A stretch of DNA of 64,000 nucleotides from Pyrodictiaceae archaeon (GCA_027036135.1 JALVSY010000016.1:160001-224000), one strand, 5' to 3'. Positions 1 to 10,670 are shown, numbered from the stretch's first letter. Made by a program: numbers and translations. Notes: generated by a model not told the origin, from the sequence alone.

Positions 1-746
1 CTCTGAGGCAGATTAAGCCATTTTATGCTGTACAATAGCCTATAAAGACCATATGCCCCCGCACTAGTTACTATGCCAGAAATAATAGCTGCGCTCGAGC
101 CAGGTAGAGAAGTGTATGTCCTGGGAAGCCAGGTATGAAACGGAAACACTCCAAGCTTTATTGCAAAAGCCACTAATATAAGCGAGAAAGCTACAAGCCC
201 ATAACCTGTTCCAAGTACTGATGAGCCGAAGATCGCTGCTTTTTCTGATGCAAGTATACCTATCGCAACTAGGAGTAGTAGCGAACCTGCATGCATATAT
301 ATGAAGAATTGTAATGCAATTCTCTTATCCCAGAGGTATACTAGGAAGGACGATGCTAGTAGCATTAGTTCCCAGAAAATGTAGAATAGAGTCAGACTAT
401 AGGCATAGGCTAGCCCTATCATGGTAAAGTGTATAGATGTTATTGCTAGTCCAAGCTGCTCTCTCTCCTCCTTCAGCGTCCTAGCAGCCACGAGAGCAGC
501 TGCAGAGACTATTCCGCTGAGTAATACTAAGAGAGCGGATGCGCCGTCAGCAGCTATGCACATAGGTAGGCCTAGTTGCTTTAACCAATAATAGCAGTAG
601 GATCCTCCTTTATAGCCTAGTATTCCTAGTAAAGTAGACAGAATAATGAGTATCACAGTTGCTCTTAGCTTATTGTAGATGCTTGTCACTATAGCTAAGA
701 GCGCCACCGCCATAGAGGCCACGAACCATATTAATGCGTCTAGCAT
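1..746 (-). CDS. NuoM-like proton-translocating subunit (partial, runs off the window)
   Basis: Manual translation from ATG at 746 (MLDALIWF...) is hydrophobic and contains FYIFWELM and AIKLGVFPFHTWLP; follows the NuoN-like gene. Confidence 0.8.
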   Translation of the reverse strand, partial: MLDALIWFVASMAVALLAIVTSIYNKLRATVILIILSTLLGILGYKGGSYCYYWLKQLGLPMCIAADGASALLVLLSGIVSAAALVAARTLKEEREQLGLAITSIHFTMIGLAYAYSLTLFYIFWELMLLASSFLVYLWDKRIALQFFIYMHAGSLLLLVAIGILASEKAAIFGSSVLGTGYGLVAFSLILVAFAIKLGVFPFHTWLPRTYTSLPGSSAAIISGIVTSAGAYGLYRLLYSIKWLNLPQ

Positions 747-752
747 TCCCTG

Positions 753-2024
753 TCACCCTATGAGATTGATTATCCCTGGATAGAGGCCTAGGAAGAGGAG
801 AATTATGACATATATTAGAGAGAAAATATTATATCCTTTCAATATAGAGTCGCGGTTAAGACTCATCAAGTACCTCATTACATAAGCCGCCGCCACCAGG
901 AAAAAGAAGCTAGCAGTAACTGCCATCCATGGATATCCTATTCTAGCAAAGAATGTTATTACTGAAAGCTTCGCAGTAAACCCGTAAAATGGCGGAAGCC
1001 CCATTAAGCTAAGCAAAGCTGGCACAATCGAACCAATAGTATCCTTATCCTTTACAGAGGCGAGTGCTAGAGCTAATGCCATATTACTTGACGTTATAAA
1101 GTATACCACAACATTGAAAGACACTATACCGCTAAGCGCACAAGCAACTCCAAGGAGTAATGTATAGCCAGCATCGCTCACCATGCTAAAGCCAAGCATT
1201 CTTCGTACACTTAACTGCACCAATGCCGAGAACTCGCCAATAGCCATACTAGCCGCAGCTAGTATGGCGAGAACCCAGGCAAGTATTAGTCCCATTGCCT
1301 TGGCCGCACTTATTAGTCTAAAGAACACGTAAAGGGTAGGGGCATCAACAAGGAGTATAGCTAGCGTTATTCCGACTATGGGTGCGTTAGCAGCCACGTC
1401 GGGCAGCCATGGATGGAATGGTGCAAGGCCCACCTCTAATGCGAGGCCCGTTATTAGGAAGATGAGCCCAAATACTAGGCTTGGGGTTGTTACACTGATA
1501 TCTGTAAGGCTATAGACGTGATTTGAAACGAGCAATGCTGTTCCAGCTATTACTAGCGCTCCTGCGAGTATTGACGTAAAGAAGTACTTCACAGCAGCCT
1601 CTTCGGAGCCCTTATAGCTGAGATATATGCCTGTAAGCGATAAAGCTCCAAGCTCTAACCCTAGAATCAGTATTGCCGGGTTAATAGATAAGGTTATTAT
1701 TATACCTGCATACATAGTCCAGGGTATGAGGGGGGCAACTACATGATCTATTTCGCGCCAGAGCATTGCTATAATAAGGCTAGATGATACTAAGAGGAGT
1801 ACAAGCATAGCAATACTATGCTTGTCGAAGCCGAGAAGGGGTAAACCATTAACAGTAATGACTCCGCCTCTCTGTGTAACTAGAAGTACTGCTACTAATA
1901 TTAGTGCAATAAGCGATGACATGGTTGATGTAAGTTTCTTGTCTCGTAGTAGCATCGATATAAGTGAACACAGTACTACTATGAGCGTAAGCGTGATTAG
2001 AGAGGCCTCTGGTCCAAGCATCAC
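753..2024 (-). CDS. NuoN-like antiporter-type subunit
   Basis: EAAVKYF, GLAPFHPWLPD, RRMLGFS motifs; multi-TM. Confidence 0.85.
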   Translation of the reverse strand: MMLGPEASLITLTLIVVLCSLISMLLRDKKLTSTMSSLIALILVAVLLVTQRGGVITVNGLPLLGFDKHSIAMLVLLLVSSSLIIAMLWREIDHVVAPLIPWTMYAGIIITLSINPAILILGLELGALSLTGIYLSYKGSEEAAVKYFFTSILAGALVIAGTALLVSNHVYSLTDISVTTPSLVFGLIFLITGLALEVGLAPFHPWLPDVAANAPIVGITLAILLVDAPTLYVFFRLISAAKAMGLILAWVLAILAAASMAIGEFSALVQLSVRRMLGFSMVSDAGYTLLLGVACALSGIVSFNVVVYFITSSNMALALALASVKDKDTIGSIVPALLSLMGLPPFYGFTAKLSVITFFARIGYPWMAVTASFFFLVAAAYVMRYLMSLNRDSILKGYNIFSLIYVIILLFLGLYPGIINLIG

Positions 2025-2028
2025 ATTC

Positions 2029-3849
2029 TCACCTTAAGAGCGCAAAGGCTGCTATTACGAGGAGAACCATACCAAGAGCGTAAAGTGCATAATACGCACT
2101 CATTCTTCCACTTCTCCTCGGCACTATGGCTTCAAGCTCACTAACAATTATTTTGATGGAATTATCTAGACCTACGTCAACTACGCGTAGCATACCTATC
2201 CCGAGCAGAGTAAAGACGAAGCGCAGCGATGGTACAAGATAATCTACGTAAAACCTATCAATGTAGAAGCCTTCTAGAAGCGTTGAGTAAATATATCTTG
2301 GCACTAAGAGCCTTCTTCTATAAGCCTCAACTACTAGTACTATACCGGTTATTGCCAGCGCTAAGGCTATGCCTATGAAGGCTATATTTGTGCTTAAATG
2401 AAGCCCCGGCCCTATTAAGATGGGTGATGCAAGCGTCAAGAACGAGAGAACTAAGAGAGCAGTTGCCATGGGTACTGGTACTCTCGTTATAGCCTCAATG
2501 CCTTCTTTTCTGGGCCTGGCCAATACTAGGTAGTAGAATAGTTTGAAGCTGTAGGCAGCAGTAATGAGCGAAGTTACTAGTAATACTATGGAGGCGGAAA
2601 GAGAGACTTTACTTACGAATATTATGAGTTCATCCTTTGTCCAGAAGCCATTGAACGGTGGAATACCTGCAAGTGCCATAGTACCGCAGAACAAGCTGAG
2701 GGCAAGAATAGGTGATTTACGTGCAACTCCCATAGTGCGTCTGAGATCTCTTGCTGTCTCGGGGCCGAGTAGGGGCTCTAGCTCATGTATTACTACTCCT
2801 ACGCAGAGGAATAGTAGGGCCTTGAATACCGCATGGCTTATGACGTGGCCTAGCGCGGTATCAACGCTACCTATAATCGCGAGTGCTGCTCCTAGCGCAG
2901 TAAATATGTAGCCTAGTTGGCTTATAGTTGAGTATGCTAGCAGTCTCTTAGCATCATATTGTGCTAGTGCTGAGAGAGCAGCATAGAGAGCCGTTATTGC
3001 ACCAACCCACATAACTATGCTGGGTAGGTACGTTGATGCAATAAGCGGTGAGAGTAATAAAGCGAGCCTCGCTATAAGATAGACGCCTGCTTTAACCATT
3101 GTAGCTGCGTGTATTAGTGCTGATACTGGTGTTGGGCCCTCCATTGCGTCTGGTAGCCATACATGGAGCGGAAGCTGCGCGCTTTTCGCAATAGCTCCTA
3201 TGAGAGCTGAGGCGAAGAACACCGAGGCTACATGAGGCGACGTCTCCTTGAGTGCTATAAGGCTTAATGTATGTGTATGTATGTAAGTATATGCTATTCC
3301 TGCAAGGAAAACTACGTCACCTAACCTTGTTGTGACAAAGGCCTTTACTCCTGCTATGCCAGCTCTCGGGCGCTCGTAGTAATGACCTATTAAGGTGAAG
3401 CTGCATAGCCCTACACCTTCCCAGAATGCATAGAGCGCGGCTATGTTGTTGGTCAGTACGAGGCCCTGCATTGATGCTATGAATAAGAGCATGAAGGCAT
3501 AGTACCTTGCATAACCAGGGTCTCTTTCCATGTAGCTTACGGAATAGAGTATGACCAGGAATCCTATTAGACCGATAATTATGCTAAAGATTTTGGAGAG
3601 GTCATCAACTACTATGCTGAAGACGGCCTTGGCTGGGATAAAGGGAGTGTATATCGAGGCTACATTGTAGACTCCTTCAAGGCCGCTTCGATAGAGCAGT
3701 ATTGAGGCTATAAGTACGACAAAGGATGCGCTAAGCGCTACTAGCTCAGATGCGCGACGCCCTATCACTCTGCCAAGGACTAGTGCTAAGGGCGTCGCCA
3801 ATAATGGTAAGAATACGAGTAATCCCAGATAATCAGCTGGACTCATCAC
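2029..3849 (-). CDS. nuoL: NuoL-like subunit
   Basis: KSAQLPLHVWLPDAMEGPTPVSALIHAATMVKAG, LAYSTISQLGY, HAVFKALLF. Confidence 0.92.
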   Translation of the reverse strand: MMSPADYLGLLVFLPLLATPLALVLGRVIGRRASELVALSASFVVLIASILLYRSGLEGVYNVASIYTPFIPAKAVFSIVVDDLSKIFSIIIGLIGFLVILYSVSYMERDPGYARYYAFMLLFIASMQGLVLTNNIAALYAFWEGVGLCSFTLIGHYYERPRAGIAGVKAFVTTRLGDVVFLAGIAYTYIHTHTLSLIALKETSPHVASVFFASALIGAIAKSAQLPLHVWLPDAMEGPTPVSALIHAATMVKAGVYLIARLALLLSPLIASTYLPSIVMWVGAITALYAALSALAQYDAKRLLAYSTISQLGYIFTALGAALAIIGSVDTALGHVISHAVFKALLFLCVGVVIHELEPLLGPETARDLRRTMGVARKSPILALSLFCGTMALAGIPPFNGFWTKDELIIFVSKVSLSASIVLLVTSLITAAYSFKLFYYLVLARPRKEGIEAITRVPVPMATALLVLSFLTLASPILIGPGLHLSTNIAFIGIALALAITGIVLVVEAYRRRLLVPRYIYSTLLEGFYIDRFYVDYLVPSLRFVFTLLGIGMLRVVDVGLDNSIKIIVSELEAIVPRRSGRMSAYYALYALGMVLLVIAAFALLR

Positions 3850-4138
3850 GGCTTCTCACCTCCTCGGAGAAAGCATCTATAGTCGTGACACCTCTCCTCC
3901 GCGAAGCGGAGAAAGCGACGGCAGCCGCGATGCCCGCCATTACGGTTTCAATGAGGGCTAGGAACACATAGAGCCCTGTATCACCGCCTACAAGGACTAT
4001 GGATGCTGTGGCTGCTCCAGATACAAGTTCGATACCGATAAGTACCCTAAGAAATGAACTATAACGCGTAAGTGTGACTAAGCCAGCCCCTATTAATACA
4101 CCTATCACTGTAGCATAGAGCGGACAAGCCCCGGTCAC
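3833..4138 (-). CDS. NuoK-like small membrane subunit
   Basis: 101 aa, 3 TM, LIGIEL motif, directly upstream of nuoL. Confidence 0.7.
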   Translation of the reverse strand: MTGACPLYATVIGVLIGAGLVTLTRYSSFLRVLIGIELVSGAATASIVLVGGDTGLYVFLALIETVMAGIAAAVAFSASRRRGVTTIDAFSEEVRSRDESS

Positions 4139-4566
4139 GCCAGGTCACCTCGTTGTAAAAGCACTCTTACCAGGAGAAACGCGACAAGAACAATTATCGA
4201 TGATAACCCGACAAGGACGGCGCCTAACCTAGTAACGGGGCTAGGCGTGCTACACGTGAAGCGTGACGAGATTATAGCGAAGGTTAGAATAATTACAATT
4301 GCTGCAAAGATGCCAGCAATCGGCATGGCACCTAGCTCTCTGCCGGCAAGCCTAGGGGCTAGGAACATTATTGCAGCAGTAAAACCAGCTACTAATGAGA
4401 TCTGCATGATAGCTGCCGCATAGGCTCCTATGTTGAGCATGAGCAGTGCTAGGGAGATTAGTGCAACACTAGTAGCTATTATAGCTGCTTCATCACGGTT
4501 AGCCAAGGAGGCATAGACAGCTGATATAATTGCTATAAAGCCTATGAGCAAGCTGACTGCGCTCAT
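4135..4566 (-). CDS. NuoJ-like membrane subunit
   Basis: Hydrophobic, AAIMQI segment, lies between nuoH and nuoK-like genes. Confidence 0.6.
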   Translation of the reverse strand: MSAVSLLIGFIAIISAVYASLANRDEAAIIATSVALISLALLMLNIGAYAAAIMQISLVAGFTAAIMFLAPRLAGRELGAMPIAGIFAAIVIILTFAIISSRFTCSTPSPVTRLGAVLVGLSSIIVLVAFLLVRVLLQRGDLA

Positions 4567-5531
4567 GAGGCAGCACCTCCTAGCATTAGTGATAGGAAGG
4601 CTATGAGGATCGATAGGGGTACTAGGTAGCCCCAGGAGAGCTTAATCATGTCCTTGAGTCTTATACGGGGTGTTGATGCATCAACAATTATTGATAAAAA
4701 TGCTATAACTAAGCCTATAGCGAGTAAGCTTATGACGGCAAAGACTCCTTGAGAGGGCTGTGGAGCTAGCAATAGGGATACGTAGAAGAGAAGAGCCGTT
4801 ACACCATGGACCTCGTGACCTAGTCTCATGAATGCTAGTTTTCTCCCGGAAAATTCGGCTTCAAATCCACCAGCTACCTCGGTTTCGGCTTCAGCTATTG
4901 TGAAGGGATCTTCTCCCAAATCCGCTTGAACTAGAATGAAACCTACTAGAAGAGCGAGGAGCCAGAGGGGGAAGAGGAAAGGCTTATGCGCTAATCCTTC
5001 CCAAAGCTTGGCCCTAATAACATCCATGTCTAGGGAACCTGTGGTGGCATACGCGACGCCTACAAGGCTTATCAAGCCTATATCATAGCTCATTAAGAGT
5101 CCTATGAACCTAAGCCCACCGATGACACTATATGGGCTTCTAGTAGATAGTGATGCAAGGCCGAGAAGTGCTGCTGCTAAAGAGAGACAAACAGGTATCA
5201 ATAAAGCGTTATAGCCTATATCTCCTAGGCCGCCGAGCCCCCAAGGCAGAAGGAGACATGCAAAAGCAGCAAGACTTATACTCCAAACAAGTGCTGCAGC
5301 AGCAACTGCTTCGTGCATTGTAAGTGGAGTTATGTCTTCCTTTCCAAGGAGCTTCACTATGTCTATGAGAGGCTGGGCAAATCCTCGGAGTCCCGTGTAG
5401 GTAGGTCCCATTCTATTCTGCATACGTGCCTCAATTTTACGCTTCAAAGCTTCAAAGCTCAGAGCAAGAGAAACAGCTGTCAACAAGCCCGGATATATTA
5501 GAGCGCTCACAAATAGCTCAAGAACGTTCAT
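4563..5531 (-). CDS. nuoH: NuoH-like subunit
   Basis: RKIEARMQNRMGP, QPLIDIVKLLGKE, PFTIAEAETEVAGGFEAEFSG. Confidence 0.9.
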   Translation of the reverse strand: MNVLELFVSALIYPGLLTAVSLALSFEALKRKIEARMQNRMGPTYTGLRGFAQPLIDIVKLLGKEDITPLTMHEAVAAAALVWSISLAAFACLLLPWGLGGLGDIGYNALLIPVCLSLAAALLGLASLSTRSPYSVIGGLRFIGLLMSYDIGLISLVGVAYATTGSLDMDVIRAKLWEGLAHKPFLFPLWLLALLVGFILVQADLGEDPFTIAEAETEVAGGFEAEFSGRKLAFMRLGHEVHGVTALLFYVSLLLAPQPSQGVFAVISLLAIGLVIAFLSIIVDASTPRIRLKDMIKLSWGYLVPLSILIAFLSLMLGGAAS

Positions 5532-5844
5532 ACTTCCTCCCCGCGACTAATAGGGGAGGGACAAAAGCCACTACAAGCAATGGGAGCAAAGCGAGCCTAT
5601 CCCGGGTAGCGCAGAAGAACGACGCTATGGGCACCGACTCCGCTATGGCAAATACTACCAATACTATGGGGTACGGTGGGTCAAGGCTCTTAGCTTCCTG
5701 GCCTTTTTCACCACATGCATAAGGTAGTGTAGCTTCTCCCCGTCTCCTAGGTCTAGGGGCTAGTATGAATGCTGCTATGTAGTACGCAGTGGATGCTATT
5801 AATATTAGCGTGAAAGCAGCGAGATAGTAAAAATACTGGGCCAA
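5518..5844 (-). CDS. NuoA-like subunit
   Basis: TM followed by PYACGE loop; first gene of the cluster after an AT-rich promoter region. Confidence 0.75.
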   Translation of the reverse strand: MAQYFYYLAAFTLILIASTAYYIAAFILAPRPRRRGEATLPYACGEKGQEAKSLDPPYPIVLVVFAIAESVPIASFFCATRDRLALLPLLVVAFVPPLLVAGRKYERS

Positions 5845-5992
5845 AACCCTTTCCCATTATTAATAGGAATAATTACGTTCTATTTATTTATTGCACCGTT
5901 CACACCAAGAATGGTACTCGCCTACCATACGTACATAATAAAACTTATTCACTGTTATTTTAGTGTACAAGGAAAATAACTAAAGCATAATC

Positions 5993-6469
5993 TTAAGGAA
6001 TTATTGGGCCTGCGTCTGGATAGCCTTGCCTTCGCCCTGTGCCTGCTCGTCTCGTTAATTCCTCGGGGTTTCTTAGCAATAGGTAAAGGTTTTCGGCGTG
6101 CTTTTTTGCCCTATCCACGGCTATTCTGTACAATTCTTTTTCGCTGCTGGTCTCGTCCTCGTGCACTGTTACATCTATTATTGGTTTCTCTAGCTCTAGC
6201 TCAACTAGCTGTATCGCGAGGGAGTAGACTGCATAACTGATTTTGTCGGTGAGGCTCTTCCCTACCCAGCCGAAGACGATGCCCGCCTCGCATTCCTGCT
6301 CCTTCATGAGCCGCTTTATCGCCACGGGTATGTCCTTGATCCCGGGCACTGTTCTTCGCACTATTACTGCGTCAGGCATAAGTAGCTGAAGAGTCTCGAT
6401 CGCGTGTTTAGCCATGTCTACTCTAGCAAAGGTTGTATCTACAATACAGATCTTCGCCAAGGTTCTCAA
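5993..6469 (-). CDS. ribC: Archaeal riboflavin synthase
   Basis: DTTFARVDM, TVPGIKDIPVA, VHEDE, GRRQG motifs. Confidence 0.9.
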   Translation of the reverse strand: MRTLAKICIVDTTFARVDMAKHAIETLQLLMPDAVIVRRTVPGIKDIPVAIKRLMKEQECEAGIVFGWVGKSLTDKISYAVYSLAIQLVELELEKPIIDVTVHEDETSSEKELYRIAVDRAKKHAENLYLLLRNPEELTRRAGTGRRQGYPDAGPIIP

Positions 6470-7139
6470 CCTCCCTTATTATCCGGCTTCCCTCGAGGAG
6501 TACAAGGCCTCTTTCCTCGGCAATTTTCCTAGCCTTCTCTACGCTTAGTGCTGTTCCCTTGTCAAGCATCTCAACTATAACAGTTGAAGGTGTTAACCCT
6601 GCGAGCATTGCTAGGTGCAGAGATAGCTCGGTGTGCCCTCTTCTCTCACTTAGCCTTCTTCCCAGAAGTATCGGTACGTGGCCCGGGGCTACGAAGTTCT
6701 CGTAGAAATAGTGCTTGGCTTCATCGATACTACCGTTTATTATCATGCCGAGGACTTTGTCTAGTTCCCTTATTGTTAATGCTCTATCATTATCCCTTAT
6801 GCCTGTCTTGGCCCTGGCGCTGTTTACCCATATGGAGAAGGCTGGCTTGTCGCCGTAGCCTAGTGTGCGCCTCGTTAGTGGAGCCAGTTCTGGTATTGAG
6901 GCATATATCTCGTGGGCGTATGCAAGGCCCAGTTTCCTCCCAGCAAGGAGTGGCATGGAGTAACATATTAGGCCCCCTGCAAGCGTCCTCATCTCATAGA
7001 TGGTCTCGGGTGTGACGAACGAGGCGTGAATAACATAGTCTACTTCGTTCTCTCTTCTATAATCATCGTGTATTAGGACGGGCTTGCCTAGGCGGAGAGC
7101 CCGGATAGCTTCCTCTAGTACAGAGTCCATAACTACCAA
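6423..7139 (-). CDS. ribB: 3,4-dihydroxy-2-butanone 4-phosphate synthase
   Basis: RENEVD, GLIC, TGIRDNDRA, PGHV, RRGHTE; start placed at TTG after GAGGAGG. Confidence 0.9.
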   Translation of the reverse strand: MVVMDSVLEEAIRALRLGKPVLIHDDYRRENEVDYVIHASFVTPETIYEMRTLAGGLICYSMPLLAGRKLGLAYAHEIYASIPELAPLTRRTLGYGDKPAFSIWVNSARAKTGIRDNDRALTIRELDKVLGMIINGSIDEAKHYFYENFVAPGHVPILLGRRLSERRGHTELSLHLAMLAGLTPSTVIVEMLDKGTALSVEKARKIAEERGLVLLEGSRIIREVENLGEDLYCRYNLC

Positions 7140-7238
7140 GCGCCTCCTCGATAACTGCTCCGGGTACGTGCCCCGCACCACGGCGGAGCCAGAGATTGTC
7201 TACGAGTCCTTACTCCAGCTCGGGCTCCCCTAAACACT

Positions 7239-7997
7239 TTAGCTCTCCACTAATCGTCTTAGTCTCTCCGAGAGACAAGGCTCGATGGGCGGCTCCTCTA
7301 GCCGTGACTCGCAGCACTTACTAAGCACTGTATATGCGACGTGTACGCATTGCCCACAGGGGCAGAGCTCTACACAGCTAAGCCTTAGCCTTGGGGACCC
7401 AGAGCGATCACGGAACCCTATGCCTATATAGTCATTAACTATGCTTACCCCGGCTCCAAATACATAGGGCGTTATTGTTGCTCTTAGTTCATCAACGACA
7501 TGTTGTCGTAGAAGGCTGTAGTTCAGTGCGCCCCCTCCTTCGACGAGGACACTCTTGATATCATAGTTTTCTGCAAGTATTTGTAGTGCTTCCCGTAGGT
7601 CTACTTCACCTCTATCACCAAGAGTATTTATTTTCACGACGTCTGCTCCGAGCTCTCTTATCTTCTCGATCTTCTCCTTGTCATTACTAGCTGTTATTAC
7701 TATTACTTTTGGCCCTGGTTCACGGAAGATGCGTTGATTTGGGCTAACTCTTAGTTTTCCGTCAACGATTACTCGGTAGTACTTTGTTGTCCTGGGCTCT
7801 AGTCGCTTACGCAACGTAGAATCATCAATAATAATCGTGTTTGCTCCGACCATTACTGCTTCGTGAGCGCCTCTTAGGAGCCGGAGCCTGGCCAAGTCGT
7901 AGTTGCAGCTTAGCTCGCTAAATCTCGTGGAGGAGGCTATGCGTCCATCAATAGTCATGGTCGAGAATATCGTGACGTAGGGGCGCTGGCTCATCAT
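7239..7997 (-). CDS. 2,5-diamino-6-(ribosylamino)-4(3H)-pyrimidinone 5'-phosphate reductase (RibD C-terminal/Rib7 type)
   Basis: MTIDGRIA, VMVGANT, LVEGGG motifs; riboflavin cluster. Confidence 0.88.
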   Translation of the reverse strand: MMSQRPYVTIFSTMTIDGRIASSTRFSELSCNYDLARLRLLRGAHEAVMVGANTIIIDDSTLRKRLEPRTTKYYRVIVDGKLRVSPNQRIFREPGPKVIVITASNDKEKIEKIRELGADVVKINTLGDRGEVDLREALQILAENYDIKSVLVEGGGALNYSLLRQHVVDELRATITPYVFGAGVSIVNDYIGIGFRDRSGSPRLRLSCVELCPCGQCVHVAYTVLSKCCESRLEEPPIEPCLSERLRRLVES

Positions 7998-8006
7998 CGT
8001 CGCCTC

Positions 8007-8552
8007 CTAGCTTGGGAGGGCTCTTTTCGCTCTCTTAATAGTGCCACTGGTCCGTACAGGGACTATAACTGCTCTTCTTCGCCCAATTCTGCGCACGAGG
8101 CCCATGGCTGCAAGGACAACGTACTTGGTATCATGCGTGCAGCGTATTATCCCCACCGCTCTCTCCGGATCATAGTAGACTAGCTGAACCCTACCAAGAG
8201 CTACTGAGAGCTGGCCGCCGAGCCTCTCAACAGCCTTGAGTATGGCCTTCTCTACCTCCTGGGGGGAGGGCGGCTCCTCTCCCTCGTACACTATGTAGAA
8301 TGCAATGTATCTCCTCCTACGCTTGGCCCTCAGCTTTGCGAGGAAGTCCTCTGCTTCGCTACTCCGTAGTGCCGCCAGCGCCGCCCTGGCAACCAACTTG
8401 TTCTGTCTAACCACTTTCTCCAATGCTTTCTCAAGAGAACTAATTCTTTCCTCGATAATCCCCGTCCTCTTTGTCACCAGGTAAGAGTAAAGACTAGCTG
8501 CAATACCTACCAAGAGAACCAGGGCCGATAACAAGTACTCAGTACTTATCAC
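8007..8552 (-). CDS. RNase P protein Pop5 with N-terminal TM helix
   Basis: KRRRRYIAF, GIIRC, RTSGTIKRA; adjacent to Rpp30. Confidence 0.85.
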   Translation of the reverse strand: MISTEYLLSALVLLVGIAASLYSYLVTKRTGIIEERISSLEKALEKVVRQNKLVARAALAALRSSEAEDFLAKLRAKRRRRYIAFYIVYEGEEPPSPQEVEKAILKAVERLGGQLSVALGRVQLVYYDPERAVGIIRCTHDTKYVVLAAMGLVRRIGRRRAVIVPVRTSGTIKRAKRALPS

Positions 8553-8555
8553 GCC

Positions 8556-9203
8556 TTATCCCCTTAGCCTCTTCGAGTAAAGTATTGACGAGGGATAACC
8601 GGTCACGGAGAGCGAGGCAATGTTCTCTGGAACCCCGAACGAGACAAGCAGCGCTTTCATCGCTGCTGGGCTCCAAAGTTCCCATTTACTCCGAGCACCG
8701 CTAGTTATTACCAGCATTGCCTCGTACGCTGCTGCACGTCTCGCAATTATCATTATGCCTCGAAGGCTTCGGCGCGGATCATCGCTATAGAGTAATGGTA
8801 GGAGAGATACCTCTACTCCTGCGCCGCTCTCGCGGAGGAGACGGGCCTGACTCTTATCCATATACCTAGCCATCCCGGGCGGGAGTTGCACGAGAGCAAC
8901 TCGAGGATCCTTTGCAGCGTGCCTCGCTACCTCAGCGCTCTTGGGTTTCACAACTACTAGGTCGTAGTAAGGGCTTATTCTCCTCAATACTTTGAGTGCT
9001 TTACCCCAGCTATCAGCTTCTATAGTCATCCTAGTATATGCCTCGAGACCTGCCTCGATAAACGGCTTGGTATAGGCTCTTGCCTCTCGTGGATTAGGAT
9101 TATCTATAGCAACACATCTTACACCCATACCCGCGAGTAGAGGCGCGATTCTGTGCGCATCCTCTAAGCTCCTAGGCGCTACATGGAGATCGCATATCTT
9201 CAA
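8556..9203 (-). CDS. RNase P protein Rpp30
   Basis: DLHV N-terminus, ITSGARSKWELWSP; conserved context. Confidence 0.82.
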   Translation of the reverse strand: MKICDLHVAPRSLEDAHRIAPLLAGMGVRCVAIDNPNPREARAYTKPFIEAGLEAYTRMTIEADSWGKALKVLRRISPYYDLVVVKPKSAEVARHAAKDPRVALVQLPPGMARYMDKSQARLLRESGAGVEVSLLPLLYSDDPRRSLRGIMIIARRAAAYEAMLVITSGARSKWELWSPAAMKALLVSFGVPENIASLSVTGYPSSILYSKRLRG

Positions 9204-9652
9204 GCTAGGAGCCCCAGCTCCCTAAGAATTTCCTCAGCTCTCTTTAGCCGAGGCGCACCACGAAGCTGTATAACTACGTGAACCACGTCGTCTCCATCGT
9301 AGAGCCTTAGCTCGCCCATGTAGGCGTCCTGCTTACTAAACCTGATAAATAGGCGTCCGCTTCGCTCGTCGTAGCGTGAGTCAAAGAGCGCGGTCAAGAT
9401 CTTCTTGTCCTGTTCATTAAGCATCTCGCCTAGCCTCTTAACGAATTCCTCCGCGTCTTTGCCCTCGAGACGTGCAACGATACGTGTAATCGGGTTATTA
9501 TAGTGACCCTCAACAGTCGCTCTCTCAGTCCTAACCTTGTTTCTAAGTGCCTCCGGGACTACGTTCATTAGGGCTTTCTCAACCTTCTCTGGATCCTCAG
9601 TTGCATGCGCATGCGCTGCTAGCTCTACTCGGACAACCCTGGTATAGGCCAT
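9200..9652 (-). CDS. DUF54/COG1325 RNA-binding protein
   Basis: HATEDPEKV, GHYNNPI, RFSKQDAY motifs. Confidence 0.85.
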   Translation of the reverse strand: MAYTRVVRVELAAHAHATEDPEKVEKALMNVVPEALRNKVRTERATVEGHYNNPITRIVARLEGKDAEEFVKRLGEMLNEQDKKILTALFDSRYDERSGRLFIRFSKQDAYMGELRLYDGDDVVHVVIQLRGAPRLKRAEEILRELGLLA

Positions 9653-9880
9653 GTCTTTGCTCCTCCCAGCTATTAGCTATCTTGCCTAAAGGAGATTAAT
9701 AACACGAATAATAAGTTCCCGTCCTTGTCAGCGAGCTGACCAGGAATTACCATGGGCCTTGGAATCTTCTTGTATCAGGCCTTAGGGTATACGGGTTCCT
9801 TAAGGTATTGGTGTGATAAAAGCCCTCGTGGATATGGAGCAAGAAATTCCCTTCACTTGAGCCTTGGTGGTGAAGGGTTT

Positions 9881-10561
9881 TTACTGCAGGTCTTCTTTGT
9901 GGTACTTCTCTCTGATCTCGTCGGGTGCTATGAGGCGTGCACCGCGATGGGCCTCGTGGCGCTTCTTGAGCTCTCTTTCCTTCTGCTTCTTCTTCCACTT
10001 ATACTTGTGTGTTCCCTTGAGGCCTCTGGACTTGCGTAGTCCTCTCATCTTCTTGCCAGCACTGGTTAGTCCTCTGAATACTCTGCCGCGGTTCTGCTTC
10101 TCACATATCCATTTCAGTTCCTTGTCCTCGCATATTGCCGGGTGGTTCCTATCAACCAGTATTACCTCGTACCACTTATACTCTCCATCCTCGGCCACGT
10201 AGTAGCTGTTGAGAACCTCCATGTTGGGGTACTTCCGCGCCGCTCTCTCCTCTGCTATTAAGCGGGTCGACTTGGCAGGTGCGTAGCCATAGACACCCAT
10301 CCGCTTCGGTCTCCTACCCTTGTTTGGCCTAGGCCTGTTTAGGCCTCCCTTACGCACCCGTACCCTTACCACTATTATCCCTGGCTTCGCCTTATAGCCG
10401 AGAGTCCTAGCCCGGTCTATCCTTGTTGGCTTCTCTACTCGGACTACGCTTGGCTGTCTACGCCACTCCATTAGTCTCTTCTTCCAGAGCTGAGCTAGTT
10501 CTGGTACCTCGTATCGCTGTTTCCAAGTCTCACGGAGATAGTGGTAGAGTCCATGAGCCAT
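9881..10561 (-). CDS. rpl15e: 50S ribosomal protein L15e
   Basis: [31 protein letters not shown]. Confidence 0.97.
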   Translation of the reverse strand: MAHGLYHYLRETWKQRYEVPELAQLWKKRLMEWRRQPSVVRVEKPTRIDRARTLGYKAKPGIIVVRVRVRKGGLNRPRPNKGRRPKRMGVYGYAPAKSTRLIAEERAARKYPNMEVLNSYYVAEDGEYKWYEVILVDRNHPAICEDKELKWICEKQNRGRVFRGLTSAGKKMRGLRKSRGLKGTHKYKWKKKQKERELKKRHEAHRGARLIAPDEIREKYHKEDLQ

Positions 10562-10670
10562 TAAGCTTCTCCCCGCTCCTTTGCTATTGTGGTTGTATCC
10601 CCAGTGCTAGGGCTCACACACCCCTTTAAAACACTATAGACTAGGAGGCTCCGTGATCACGTAGAAAGTA

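Noticed and set aside
9722-9745. Hairpin TCCTTGTCAGCGAGCTGACCAGGA between rpl15e and the DUF54 gene
   Set aside because: Single short stem with no boxes or repeats; not enough to call an RNA
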